A DNA stretch of 64,000 bases from an uncultured Candidatus Saccharibacteria bacterium. GTDB lineage: Bacteria > Patescibacteriota > Minisyncoccia > Phycocordibacterales > Zambryskibacteraceae. Below are positions 47,343-56,287 of this stretch, one piece after another. Where the stretch lies: contig CAZUDK010000003.1 in assembly GCA_964618905.1 (NCBI GenBank), forward strand, positions 9,783-73,782, given 5' to 3'. Under the pieces are notes generated by a model that was given only the letters and a program-made list of their open reading frames with translations, was not told the origin of the DNA and ran no database searches. A program made the translations under genes and the position numbers. The number at the start of each line of letters is the position of its first letter. Position 1 is the first letter of the stretch.

Positions 47343-48479
47343 ATGAAGCTATTTCCCATATATATATCCGGAGTATTTCTCTCTCTAAACTATGCCGCTA
47401 TCCTGTATGTTAATTCCTCTTTTCTTAATTTATATTTTAGCTTCAATGCCGTAAGTATTCTTTTTGTTCTTGCCGCTCTGGGCAATATAGCTTTGTTTCT
47501 TTATGCTGCAAAACTGCTTAGGATATTTGGACCAAGGATTCTTTTCTCTATCTTTCTTTTCATCTTGTTTGCAAGCACCTTTTCTCTGGGATTGAGTACC
47601 TCACCCTTAGCTGCAGCATCTTCTTTCATTATCTACAGCAGTGTCTTGTTCATGGTCTATTGGTGTTTGGACATATTCCTGGAAGAAGCTTCTGCAAATC
47701 TAACTACAGGTTCAATAAGAGGACTTTATCTGTCTCTGCTCAACGCAGCCATAGCTATAGCGCCGCTCCTCATGGCATTCTTTTCTGATGAAAAAGAATT
47801 CAAGCTGCTTTATATGGCAGCAGGCTTCCTGCTTATCCCTCCGCTTATCCTCTCTTTCTTTGCTTTCCGTAAATTGAATTTGAACAATAGCGGTCCGATT
47901 GTCAGCCTTTATATACGTAAATGGTGGGGAATCAAAGACATCAGAAGAATAATCTTGGCAAGATTTCTTCTAGAATTCTTCTACATGTTCATGATAATTT
48001 ACATGCCCGTGTATCTTCACAAGATCATAGGTTTTAGCTGGCCGGAACTTAGTATAATGTTCTCTTTCATGCTTCTGCCATTTGTCATCCTTGAATGGCC
48101 TGCAGGGAAAATTTCCGATGAATGGCTGGGAGAAAAAGAGATGCTGAGCGTTGGATTTTTAATTATTTTTACCACTCTCCTTATAACACCTTTTCTCGGC
48201 AAATCTTTTGTTGAATGGATGGCTTTGCTTTTTGTATCCAGAATAGGAGCAAGTTTAGTAGAAATTTCTTCAGAAAGTTATTTCTTCAAACAAATAAACT
48301 ATAAAGATACAAGCATCATAAGCAGTTTCCGTCTGACGCGACCATTTGCCATGATACTTTGCTCTATGATTGGAGGACTTTCCATTCTTCTTCTCCCTTT
48401 CAGTAATGTCTTCTGGATTCTTGCCGCTTTTGAAATACTGGGTCTCACTCAAAGTTTGTATTTAGTGGATACTTTATAA
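47343..48479 (+). CDS. major facilitator superfamily transporter (about 12 TM)
   Basis: Hydrophobicity pattern with two 6-TM halves. Confidence 0.55.
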   Translation: MKLFPIYISGVFLSLNYAAILYVNSSFLNLYFSFNAVSILFVLAALGNIALFLYAAKLLRIFGPRILFSIFLFILFASTFSLGLSTSPLAAASSFIIYSSVLFMVYWCLDIFLEEASANLTTGSIRGLYLSLLNAAIAIAPLLMAFFSDEKEFKLLYMAAGFLLIPPLILSFFAFRKLNLNNSGPIVSLYIRKWWGIKDIRRIILARFLLEFFYMFMIIYMPVYLHKIIGFSWPELSIMFSFMLLPFVILEWPAGKISDEWLGEKEMLSVGFLIIFTTLLITPFLGKSFVEWMALLFVSRIGASLVEISSESYFFKQINYKDTSIISSFRLTRPFAMILCSMIGGLSILLLPFSNVFWILAAFEILGLTQSLYLVDTL

Positions 48480-48510
48480 AAAAAGACCGGCACCACTAAG
48501 TGGTGCCGGT
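48474..48510 (-). terminator. hairpin (ccggcacca ctaag tggtgccgg) with an A-run on plus and a T-run on minus
   Basis: Terminates the minus-strand 142-aa gene and probably the MFS gene as well. Confidence 0.5.
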
Positions 48511-48529
48511 GTACATCTGGGCAGCGGAG

Positions 48530-48958
48530 TCATGCTGCTGAATCGGCGAGGATCAGCGTCCGGTCGAACTTCATTCCAGCGAGATTCTCATTAACCAAGA
48601 TCTCGGCGATCCTGCGGATGGCGGCGCCGTTGGCGGCCTGATGTCTCTCCACCTCGATCACCCCCCTGGTTACGAGGGTCTTGTTCTGGTCCGAAAGATA
48701 CCAGAACGCTTGATACAACACATCATACACACCGACTCTCTCGGATTCGAGGGTGATAGTGATGATATAGCCTCGAGGCTCCGGCTCATCAACGACCTTC
48801 GCGTACGCGCCCATGTTCATAAGCCCTTGGACAATATAATGCCCAAGATTGGAGACGCCGCGCTGCTTCACGAAGACGGAGAACTTCACTCCGTCGAGCT
48901 TACCTGGCTTCACTCCTGCCAACCCGATGATGGTCAAAAAAAGACCGCGCATTGACAT
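48530..48958 (-). CDS. hypothetical 142-aa protein (GC-rich, about 55%)
   Basis: TTGACA-N17/18-TATAAT promoter at about 49013-49040. N-terminal hydrophobic segment. Confidence 0.35.
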   Translation of the reverse strand: MSMRGLFLTIIGLAGVKPGKLDGVKFSVFVKQRGVSNLGHYIVQGLMNMGAYAKVVDEPEPRGYIITITLESERVGVYDVLYQAFWYLSDQNKTLVTRGVIEVERHQAANGAAIRRIAEILVNENLAGMKFDRTLILADSAA

Positions 48959-49036
48959 ACCGCCTCCCTTTTTGAGGTTACCGGAATATTCAAGCTCTGA
49001 TTTTAATTATATAACAATATACGACCGAATGTCAAA

Positions 49037-49504
49037 TTATTTTAAATTGAGCAATTTGAATACAGGAGCCATGAATGGATCAAAATCTGTGCCATATACC
49101 ATAGCTCCTCCCAAGCCGCCGGTTATAACTATTGCTATAAGACCTGCTACTGCAATGGGTAGAATAATCCATCTGTCGAATACGAGCTTAGCTGCATGCA
49201 TAGAGAGTCTGCCTTTGTTAAACCATGCTAAAGCATAAATGATTGTTAAAACACCGAATATTACCGCTGTCGCATAAGCAAATCTCTCGTGATATTCAAG
49301 AATCCGGATGCCTTCAGGATGAGAGACCACCTTTGCGGAAAGTATGGCGGCCAGTGCACCTATTTCACCGAGAAAAAGCATAATTGCTTTAACAAAAAAC
49401 CAGTACTGCTTTTCTTGCAGCTTCTTAATACTGACAATCTCGAAAAGAGAGTAAGTCATCAGCAGAGCTATAGGAAAATGTACGACTAAGGGATGTATGT
49501 CCAT
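49037..49504 (-). CDS. DUF2231-like membrane protein
   Basis: HPLVVHFPIALL N-terminus and four TM helices. Confidence 0.5.
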   Translation of the reverse strand: MDIHPLVVHFPIALLMTYSLFEIVSIKKLQEKQYWFFVKAIMLFLGEIGALAAILSAKVVSHPEGIRILEYHERFAYATAVIFGVLTIIYALAWFNKGRLSMHAAKLVFDRWIILPIAVAGLIAIVITGGLGGAMVYGTDFDPFMAPVFKLLNLK

Positions 49505-49513
49505 GGAAGTAAT

Positions 49514-50218
49514 TTAATATTTATTATAATACCACTCTGGGGTTTTGTACTCAGTAATATCTATAGAAGCTATTTCAACCTTATCTGCTTTTCTTAGCTG
49601 CGCCCGTTGGCTTCTGTTGAGAATTTTAACATGCGGAGACTCTTCAATCTTGTTTATCATATCTATGAGTTCCTCTTCTCCGGAGATCCAATTTAAAGGA
49701 CTCTGCGGGTCTTGTGATCTAAACTTTGAAAGATCAAAAAGCTTTGAGAAAGAACGCATAGTCTTTATGCCGTCCTCAAGAAAATATTCATGAAAATATG
49801 ACATCGCAAGTTCTCTGACGTCTCTGTAAACCGGCTCTCTATATCTGAGAACTGAATGATTGGTTTTGGAAATTGCTCCGAGAAATCCTTCCCTTTTAAA
49901 AACAACTACTACATGATCGTCATCTTCCTTAGGGTCAGCATTCAAATCAAGAAGCAGTGGCCTCTCTCCGGCAATCCACAGAGCTGCAGCTGCAACCAAT
50001 GCTCCTTCGAAACAATGAGCTTTGCCTGCTCTAAGAGAACGCCCCGCTGACATATAAGTCTCCGCTCCTTTTTCAAAATTAAACGGCATGGCATTTATAA
50101 AATCTTGGATTTTTTTAGGAGTATTGAGCTGCTTGAGAGTCTTCCACTCTTCCCTGCCCAATCCAGAAGATTTGAAGTCAAGCGGAGTTATTTTGAATGA
50201 TTCTGCCGAGCTTTTCAT
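49514..50218 (-). CDS. hypothetical protein, possible transglutaminase-like Cys-His-Asp fold
   Basis: GKAHCFEGALVAAAALWIAG (Cys), DDDHVVVVF (His). The call is a guess. Confidence 0.3.
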   Translation of the reverse strand: MKSSAESFKITPLDFKSSGLGREEWKTLKQLNTPKKIQDFINAMPFNFEKGAETYMSAGRSLRAGKAHCFEGALVAAAALWIAGERPLLLDLNADPKEDDDHVVVVFKREGFLGAISKTNHSVLRYREPVYRDVRELAMSYFHEYFLEDGIKTMRSFSKLFDLSKFRSQDPQSPLNWISGEEELIDMINKIEESPHVKILNRSQRAQLRKADKVEIASIDITEYKTPEWYYNKY

Positions 50219-50299
50219 CCCGTACGAAATTTATGTTTGATAAAATTGCCGTAAGGAATATAACGTTTATTTCGTACGGGATTCATAGCTTAAAGTATA

Positions 50300-50325
50300 A
50301 CAAAACCTCGGCTAAAGCCGAGGTT
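50300..50325 (-). terminator. hairpin terminator (aacctcggc taaa gccgaggtt) on the minus strand
   Basis: After the stress-protein gene. Confidence 0.5.
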
Positions 50326-50349
50326 AGGAAATATCCATGAAGTTTGAAT

Positions 50350-50868
50350 TTAAGCTGAATATTCTCTGATTTCTTCTGCATCATACATATCGAATATTTT
50401 TCGCGCACTCTCAGGATCATCTGTTTTTACACTTACCAGCACATCTCCGAGCTTAATTCGCTCTTCGTAAATCTTAGCTTCCTCTTTTGTGACACCAAGT
50501 CCTACAAGTGCGCCGACAAGACCTCCGGCAGCAGCTCCAGTCAGAGCACCAGCGGCTGTCGTGGCTACTCCGCCTGTAAGTCCGAGTGCTGTAGCCAGAG
50601 GACCTGCTACAAAGAGCGCTCCAAGTCCAGGCAATACACCAGCTGCGACTACAAGCCCTGCAATACCTCCTATAACTGCACCAGTTGTAGCGCCTGTGGC
50701 AGCGCCTTCACCAGCTTTGGTTCCGCTTTTGTCTTTTGTTATCACTTCTTCTTCAGAACTGTAAATGTAAGAAATATCACTCTCTTTTATACCCATATCA
50801 CGCAGATCGTTGATTGCAGATTCAGCACTACTTCTGTCTCCAAATATTCCTATTATAGTTTTTTCCAT
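50350..50868 (-). CDS. general stress protein (YflT/DUF1269-like N-terminus plus glycine-zipper membrane segment)
   Basis: MEKTIIGIF..SAESAINDL N-domain and a G/A-rich zipper. Confidence 0.45.
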   Translation of the reverse strand: MEKTIIGIFGDRSSAESAINDLRDMGIKESDISYIYSSEEEVITKDKSGTKAGEGAATGATTGAVIGGIAGLVVAAGVLPGLGALFVAGPLATALGLTGGVATTAAGALTGAAAGGLVGALVGLGVTKEEAKIYEERIKLGDVLVSVKTDDPESARKIFDMYDAEEIREYSA

Positions 50869-50972
50869 ATTTTTTATTTAAAATTAATAAATCAACTTTC
50901 GCCAAGTGGTTTAGACGCACCTATATAGAGAAAGTTACGTACTTGATCATCAAAGCAAAAAGCAGGACCTTA

Positions 50973-51233
50973 TCATAAGTCCTGCTTTGTGCACTTTTCC
51001 GCGCATCCTACCATCTTCCTAAAGTTCTCGACGCCGTCCGCCGAAAGTCTCAATTTAACCGGCTCAGGAGTTACAACAACAAAGCCAGCACTGATGAGTT
51101 CTTGAAGCGCCATCTGAAATGCATACTTGTCTTTGCATTTCTCATCAACTGCGGCCAGCAATACTCCATGGCATTCTTGACCGCCTCTTTTTTGGAGCTC
51201 TGACACAAGGAGAGTACACCTGTTGATATCCAT
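50973..51233 (-). CDS. hypothetical 86-aa protein
   Basis: Intact ORF with moderately elevated GC. Confidence 0.3.
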   Translation of the reverse strand: MDINRCTLLVSELQKRGGQECHGVLLAAVDEKCKDKYAFQMALQELISAGFVVVTPEPVKLRLSADGVENFRKMVGCAEKCTKQDL

Positions 51234-51478
51234 TTAAGCCTCACTGGGCTCGAGTCAAAGGAAAGTACCTTCTGGGCTTTTATCTTATCACAGCCTTATA
51301 TGGATTCGAAATTATATAGTCATCCATAAGCTTAAGAGCACTATTTTTAGCCATATTTCAAAGTAAGAAATGTTTAAGAGCTTCGTTATTAGCTGCACGG
51401 ATACAGAGTATCCGCGATTAATAATATTTTCTTGGAAAGACTCTGTTCTGGCATTAAAAGTATTAATAAATTAATAAC

Positions 51479-52168
51479 ATGATAATTAAAAAATTCCTGG
51501 CAATCCCTGCAGCTCTGGCACTTGTGGCATTTATGGGCTTCGGCACCGCACATGCCCAAGTCTCACCCAGGGTAGCCATTCAGCTTCTTAATTCTGGACT
51601 GACAAGTCCTATAAGAGCTTCGGATGAAGATGCTGTTGTGGCTCGATTGGTACTCGATACCACCGGCTCTTCTGAAGCAGTTCGCATAAGCTCTCTTCCA
51701 TTCATACTATCCACCGGCAATGGTGCACAGGCTTCTAACCTGAATAACTGCCGCGTATTCAATGAGAATAATATGGATGATGAGTTAAATTCGGGCAGAA
51801 GCCTCAACAACGGACTTAACACTATCTCACTCGATTCGCAGCTCACATTGCAGGCCGGCACAGTCACTACTCTGTCGCTTCTCTGCGATGTTGATGAAGA
51901 CCTGGAAGCTGGGGGAACATTCACCTTCAGCATGAACACTGCTAATCTATCTGCAGTAGGTGTCACCACTGGATTGCCTGCAGTTGTCACTGTACGCGGA
52001 GCTACAAATCCTCCAGTCGTAGTGCCTCCTCCTACTAACATCCCAGGCTTGCCAACTACTGGTGCCGGAGGTGAAGCAGCGGGGAACATTGTATTCATTC
52101 TTGGTTCTCTAGTTGCAGCCGGATTGGGACTAACCCTTATGAGAAAAGGAAATTCCGAAAGAGCATAA
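51479..52168 (+). CDS. LPxTG-anchored small surface protein (pilin-like)
   Basis: Signal peptide, then LPTTG, a hydrophobic helix and an RKGNSERA tail. Confidence 0.6.
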   Translation: MIIKKFLAIPAALALVAFMGFGTAHAQVSPRVAIQLLNSGLTSPIRASDEDAVVARLVLDTTGSSEAVRISSLPFILSTGNGAQASNLNNCRVFNENNMDDELNSGRSLNNGLNTISLDSQLTLQAGTVTTLSLLCDVDEDLEAGGTFTFSMNTANLSAVGVTTGLPAVVTVRGATNPPVVVPPPTNIPGLPTTGAGGEAAGNIVFILGSLVAAGLGLTLMRKGNSERA

Positions 52169-52242
52169 TACTCTTATGGAAACCAGACGAGTAATGGATG
52201 CTCTTCTAAGAGCATCCATTATTTGTTTTAATCACTCTTACA

Positions 52243-52884
52243 ATGGCAACCACTAAACAAAGAAAAATAGCAGGAATAATAATTTTCTCTGTTGCGTCTT
52301 TCCTGGCCATTTATACTGCCGCAAGAGCCTTGTACTTTTACCCTAGCAACGAAGCTGTTGAAATAGACAAGTCGAATACTGCTTTAGTTAGAGCGCAGGC
52401 GGTGTTCAACGAAATCGAGGAAGAGAGCCCGCAGTCATTGCCCGCACGGCTTGAGATACCCGCTTTAGGCATAAACGCAGAGGTTCAGCATCTAGGAGTC
52501 ACTAAAAGCGGCTTAATGGCCGCTCCTGGAAACTTCACTGACGTAAGCTGGTTCAAGCTCGGTACAGTACCGGGTGCGATTGGTAGCGCTGTCATGGCCG
52601 GCCATGAAGACAATGCCATAAGCCTTGATGGTGTCTTCAAACATTTAGACCAGCTTGAAATAGGAGACGAAGTGCTAGTACATAGAGAAGATGGCAAGAT
52701 TTTGCGCTTCGAGGTTATTAAAAAAGAGATCCAGCCTTATGACTTATCCGGAAAAGTTCTTAACGAAATATTTACCCGCAATGACGGTAGATACTTGAAT
52801 CTAATAACATGCGCAGGTACCTGGCTGCAGGAAGCAAAAACGAACAACAAAAGACTAGTTGTTTACACTAAACTGATTCCTTAA
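52243..52884 (+). CDS. sortase (transpeptidase)
   Basis: N-terminal TM, conserved His (MAGHED), TLxTC motif (LNLITCAG) and a downstream Arg. Confidence 0.8.
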   Translation: MATTKQRKIAGIIIFSVASFLAIYTAARALYFYPSNEAVEIDKSNTALVRAQAVFNEIEEESPQSLPARLEIPALGINAEVQHLGVTKSGLMAAPGNFTDVSWFKLGTVPGAIGSAVMAGHEDNAISLDGVFKHLDQLEIGDEVLVHREDGKILRFEVIKKEIQPYDLSGKVLNEIFTRNDGRYLNLITCAGTWLQEAKTNNKRLVVYTKLIP

Positions 52885-52912
52885 GCTCCAGAATACCGCT
52901 CGTTCATCAATA

Positions 52913-52945
52913 TAAAAGCACCCGCCACGTGTGGCGGGTGCTTTA
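52913..52945. terminator. bidirectional terminator (aaaa gcacccgccac gt gtggcgggtgc ttt)
   Basis: Between the convergent sortase and NUDIX genes. Confidence 0.6.
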
Positions 52946-52962
52946 CTGCATTGCACACCATA

Positions 52963-53505
52963 TCATCTGACAGGTATCTCCCTCCAACTAGAGAGAACCT
53001 TCAGTTCCATGGGACGCAGGAGTTCTTCTTGGTGAGGTCCGTACCAAGCCTGTCCATAGACCTTCTTACCTTCCAAAGCCAGAGGTAACCAGAAGCGGTC
53101 AGCGGGCATCATCTGGTCGAATGGTAAGTTTGAAATCTCAAACCATTCAGGTTTTCCCATCTCCGGGGTAGCCTCTGGTACTCCAGTCCACTGATAAGTT
53201 ATGAATGAATGTACTCTACAGGTGAAGGTGCTGCCATCTGCCTTGGTATTATGGAAGTCCACAACGGCGATGCGCTCCAAGCAAGAGATCAGAGTAGTAA
53301 CACCATTGGACTCTTCCTGAAGCTCGCGTACTGCTGCCACCTCGATACTTTCTCCGTTTTCAGGTCCTCCTCCGTAACCATTGCGTTTGCCGGCTCCTAT
53401 TTTTAAGTTCTTTACCGGTAGGCAGATCTGGCCTCCGTGCAACCTTCTCTTCAGAAAGCAGAGGGTGCCGAGAAGTAAGGTTTTTTCTTCAATCAAATTT
53501 TCCAT
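52963..53505 (-). CDS. NUDIX hydrolase (MutT-like)
   Basis: Nudix box GGGPENGESIEVAAVRELQEESN. GC-rich. Confidence 0.8.
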   Translation of the reverse strand: MENLIEEKTLLLGTLCFLKRRLHGGQICLPVKNLKIGAGKRNGYGGGPENGESIEVAAVRELQEESNGVTTLISCLERIAVVDFHNTKADGSTFTCRVHSFITYQWTGVPEATPEMGKPEWFEISNLPFDQMMPADRFWLPLALEGKKVYGQAWYGPHQEELLRPMELKVLSSWREIPVR

Positions 53506-53545
53506 ATGGAATCCTTTTGTGAAGTTTGTCTGACCAGATTATACC

Positions 53546-53570
53546 AAAAAGCGGCTTAAGCCGCTTTTTT
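53546..53570. terminator. bidirectional terminator (aaaaa gcggc ttaa gccgc tttttt) overlapping the stop codon of the 81-aa gene
   Basis: Perfect stem. The stop TAA lies in the loop. Confidence 0.6.
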
Positions 53571-53801
53571 CTCTTCTGCTTCCCTGTCTCTGGCTTCAGC
53601 CTCCTCTCTAGCTATATTAGCCAGTTGGCCGTTGATATCGCGAATCTTAGCTTCCACTTTCTCTACTTCTGATTTCTTGCTCTCTGCTTCCTGCTCTTCT
53701 CTGGCTAATTCTGATTTTCTCCTCTCCAGATTACGCTCCTCTTCTCTGAGGCTAGATTCTAATCTGTCTTTTTCTCGTCTTATTTCATTTAAGTCTCTCA
53801 T
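53556..53801 (-). CDS. hypothetical 81-aa charged coiled-coil protein
   Basis: E/R/K-rich heptad pattern. Lies 16 nt downstream of the ClpP-like gene. Confidence 0.35.
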   Translation of the reverse strand: MRDLNEIRREKDRLESSLREEERNLERRKSELAREEQEAESKKSEVEKVEAKIRDINGQLANIAREEAEARDREAEEKKAA

Positions 53802-53817
53802 ACATCAATTCTATTAC

Positions 53818-54399
53818 TTAGATCACCTTATGTGCAAGGCCCATTTTGACGGCTTCATCTGCTGTTAAAATAGTATTCTTAGCCATCATATCCAGGATCC
53901 TCTTGGTGGAATACTTGCCGCCGGTGGCGTCGGAAACAACACAAGCATATTGGTAGTCTTTCAATTTATCTTCTTTCAACATAGCTTCAAGGTCTGCGGA
54001 AGAAAAACGCTTATCCTTGTCAAAAGTTCGTCCAGCAAGGTGAAAAAGGATAGTTGTATTCTTAGTCATATATCTTTTCTTGCCGGCAAGAAAAATTATC
54101 ACACCTGAAGAATCCACATCTCCCGAGCCTATAGTCACAAGATTGGCATTCAGCCAGCCATTAATAGCATCAAAAAAGCTCATTCCTATGCCGGTTGCAC
54201 CACCGTAAGAATTAACAAGAAGATGTATCTCTTTCTTTGGATCTTCAATAAGCAGTTCCTTTATTGTTTTTAAAGTTTTTTGCAGATTATCGTAATTTAC
54301 TCCACCGAACCACTCGAGGGTACGTTCTGGAATGGCAGTAAATATATTTTCTTGCTTTTTAAGTTTTGAGACTGTTGTAGTATTTTTCTTTATTTCCAT
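53818..54399 (-). CDS. ClpP-family (S14) serine peptidase homolog, second stand-alone paralog
   Basis: IHLLVNSYGGATGIGMSFFDAI, GDVDSSGVIIFL (Ser), ILFHLAG (His) and a C-terminal ILTADEAVKMGLAHKVI. Confidence 0.55.
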   Translation of the reverse strand: MEIKKNTTTVSKLKKQENIFTAIPERTLEWFGGVNYDNLQKTLKTIKELLIEDPKKEIHLLVNSYGGATGIGMSFFDAINGWLNANLVTIGSGDVDSSGVIIFLAGKKRYMTKNTTILFHLAGRTFDKDKRFSSADLEAMLKEDKLKDYQYACVVSDATGGKYSTKRILDMMAKNTILTADEAVKMGLAHKVI

Positions 54400-54495
54400 T
54401 ATTCCTGCTATTTATTACTACCGATATTATAAGTTTGAGAGTCTCTGATGCAAGCAGAACAGCTGAAGAAATATTCAAAAAAAGTCTAGCAACAT

Positions 54496-54536
54496 AAGAA
54501 AACCCTCCGATACTCATAATATCTAGAGGGTTTTCT
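54496..54536 (-). terminator. hairpin terminator (aaccctc ... gagggtt) after the KGG gene
   Basis: Stem followed by a T-run on the minus strand. Confidence 0.45.
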
Positions 54537-54594
54537 GGTTAAATGCTTCATGACGCATTTAACTATTTAGCCTTGGCTAATCATTTTAGAAAGC

Positions 54595-54789
54595 TTATTG
54601 GTTATCTTTTTTACCCTGTCGGCTCTGTCCGCCCTTTCGGCCGGCTTCTCGTCCGCTCTCAGAGTCAAATTCATGGGCAGTACCCTTTTCATGAGCGGCC
54701 TTGCCGCCCATTGAAGCGATTTCTTTCTGCCTGTCTTCATCCATACCCGCGAAACCTCGTCCGCGGTTATTATCATTATTTTTCGCCAT
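54595..54789 (-). CDS. KGG-repeat stress-induced protein (YciG-like)
   Basis: GGKAAHEKGTAHEFDSESGREAGRKGG repeat. Confidence 0.55.
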   Translation of the reverse strand: MAKNNDNNRGRGFAGMDEDRQKEIASMGGKAAHEKGTAHEFDSESGREAGRKGGQSRQGKKDNQ

Positions 54790-55161
54790 AATATTGTTAT
54801 TTTCCAGCTATAAATAGAAATAATGCGATAATTCCCTTCTTTTTATTGTGAATTATCTTTGGCTATTAATATCGACCTTTACATTGTTATTTGACGACAG
54901 ACAATAACTCCTCTTACGTAGAATGTGTGGTTTAACTTTTAATCCGCTGGCTGCGCAGTTTTGCTATTTTCAATTTCTTTGATGAGGCTGCTATCCATAT
55001 TTTGAGCTTTATCCCACAGCAGTATTACTGCAATTGTTATAAGCAAAATTATGATTGATGTAACAAGAACAGAAATATTATCATTATTATCCATAACAAA
55101 ATCAGGCGTATTTATACGTCTGTAGACGAACCTGATTATTGAATATTACTTAGTGTCTGAG

Positions 55162-55734
55162 CTAAGACTGAGAAGAGATAGTCTGCACGATGCTGCCAAC
55201 GAGTGCATCAATGTCAAAACCTGCCTGTTCATCACGGCAAGCGCTAGCTTCCGGTTCACTGTAATTGCCGCACTGAACTCTGCGTAGGCTGAATGTCAAA
55301 ACAGCAATCCCTTCATCTCTCTCAAAAACATAAGCATACTGAGAATAAATGCTGCCCGCTGCACCTTCACTTACTTCTGTAGCGCAAAATCTCCTGCCTC
55401 CTATTGTTTTTTCTACTGTACCGCCTGCCCTATCTGTAGGCGTACCTGCTTCCGTGCAAGTATAAGGAGTGTTAAGAAGCTGAAGCTGAGGAGGCCAATC
55501 TATAGTACTTATATAAGTTGTGCCAAGGTCAGCAGGATACTGGAATGTTGTAGAGCCTGACTGATCAGAAGAAGTTTCCAATTCTATGTTTCCATTAGAT
55601 TCCATATTCTCTTCTTGACCATTGGTATCCCCCATATTTATAGACATATCAGATGAAGAATAGATCAGGTAGCCTAAGCCGGCGATGATGATGACCGCAA
55701 TGACTGCGATTATTATTTTCGTATTTTCTTTCAT
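55162..55734 (-). CDS. hypothetical membrane-anchored protein (190 aa)
   Basis: N-terminal TM, with Cys residues in the ectodomain. Confidence 0.35.
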   Translation of the reverse strand: MKENTKIIIAVIAVIIIAGLGYLIYSSSDMSINMGDTNGQEENMESNGNIELETSSDQSGSTTFQYPADLGTTYISTIDWPPQLQLLNTPYTCTEAGTPTDRAGGTVEKTIGGRRFCATEVSEGAAGSIYSQYAYVFERDEGIAVLTFSLRRVQCGNYSEPEASACRDEQAGFDIDALVGSIVQTISSQS

Positions 55735-55797
55735 ATAGGATGTTAGACGTTTAAATTATTAATTCTTGACAAGCAAAAGTTATTTGCTTCTTGTTCT

Positions 55798-56238
55798 CTA
55801 TGCATCTTTGTCCTCATGAGAGAGCACAACAAGACCAGATGATACTAAGATAAGATTCTTAACTACAAATTCTCCCTGAAGATTAAGAACAGGAAAATGA
55901 GGATCGAACATCATATCCCATCCGAATACAAATACCGAAAATGTTCCGATAAGATGCAGAAAGAGCGCAACATGCGTAATGCTTACAAGCTTATTGGATA
56001 TAAGCAAGATGCCTATAGTGGCTTCAAAGATGCCGAGTACAGTAAACCATGGAGCCGTAGCTAAAAATGGTGCCATGGAATTAGCAATAAGATCATAGAC
56101 AGGGTTGTATCCGGCAATCTTAAGAGCTCCAAACCAAAGGAACACTATGCCAAGAGACAGGCGCAAGAAAGTTACAAAAGCGTGCCTGTGCTTTTTTGCG
56201 AAAACAAGCAGAAAGCTCTTTTTCATTTTCTTAGACAT
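55798..56238 (-). CDS. DoxX-like small membrane protein
   Basis: Four TM helices in a LSLGIVFLWFGALKI-type pattern. Confidence 0.4.
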   Translation of the reverse strand: MSKKMKKSFLLVFAKKHRHAFVTFLRLSLGIVFLWFGALKIAGYNPVYDLIANSMAPFLATAPWFTVLGIFEATIGILLISNKLVSITHVALFLHLIGTFSVFVFGWDMMFDPHFPVLNLQGEFVVKNLILVSSGLVVLSHEDKDA

Positions 56239-56287
56239 CTTCTACATTGTACAACAAAACAGCCGCAGCAAAAAACTCTGCGGCTGT

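Noticed and set aside
54543-54791. Plus-strand 82-aa ORF and alternative minus-frame 69-aa ORF over the KGG gene
   Set aside because: The 64-aa minus-strand frame gives the recognisable KGG stress-protein repeat (GREAGRKGG) and is followed by a terminator. The others are out-of-frame shadows.
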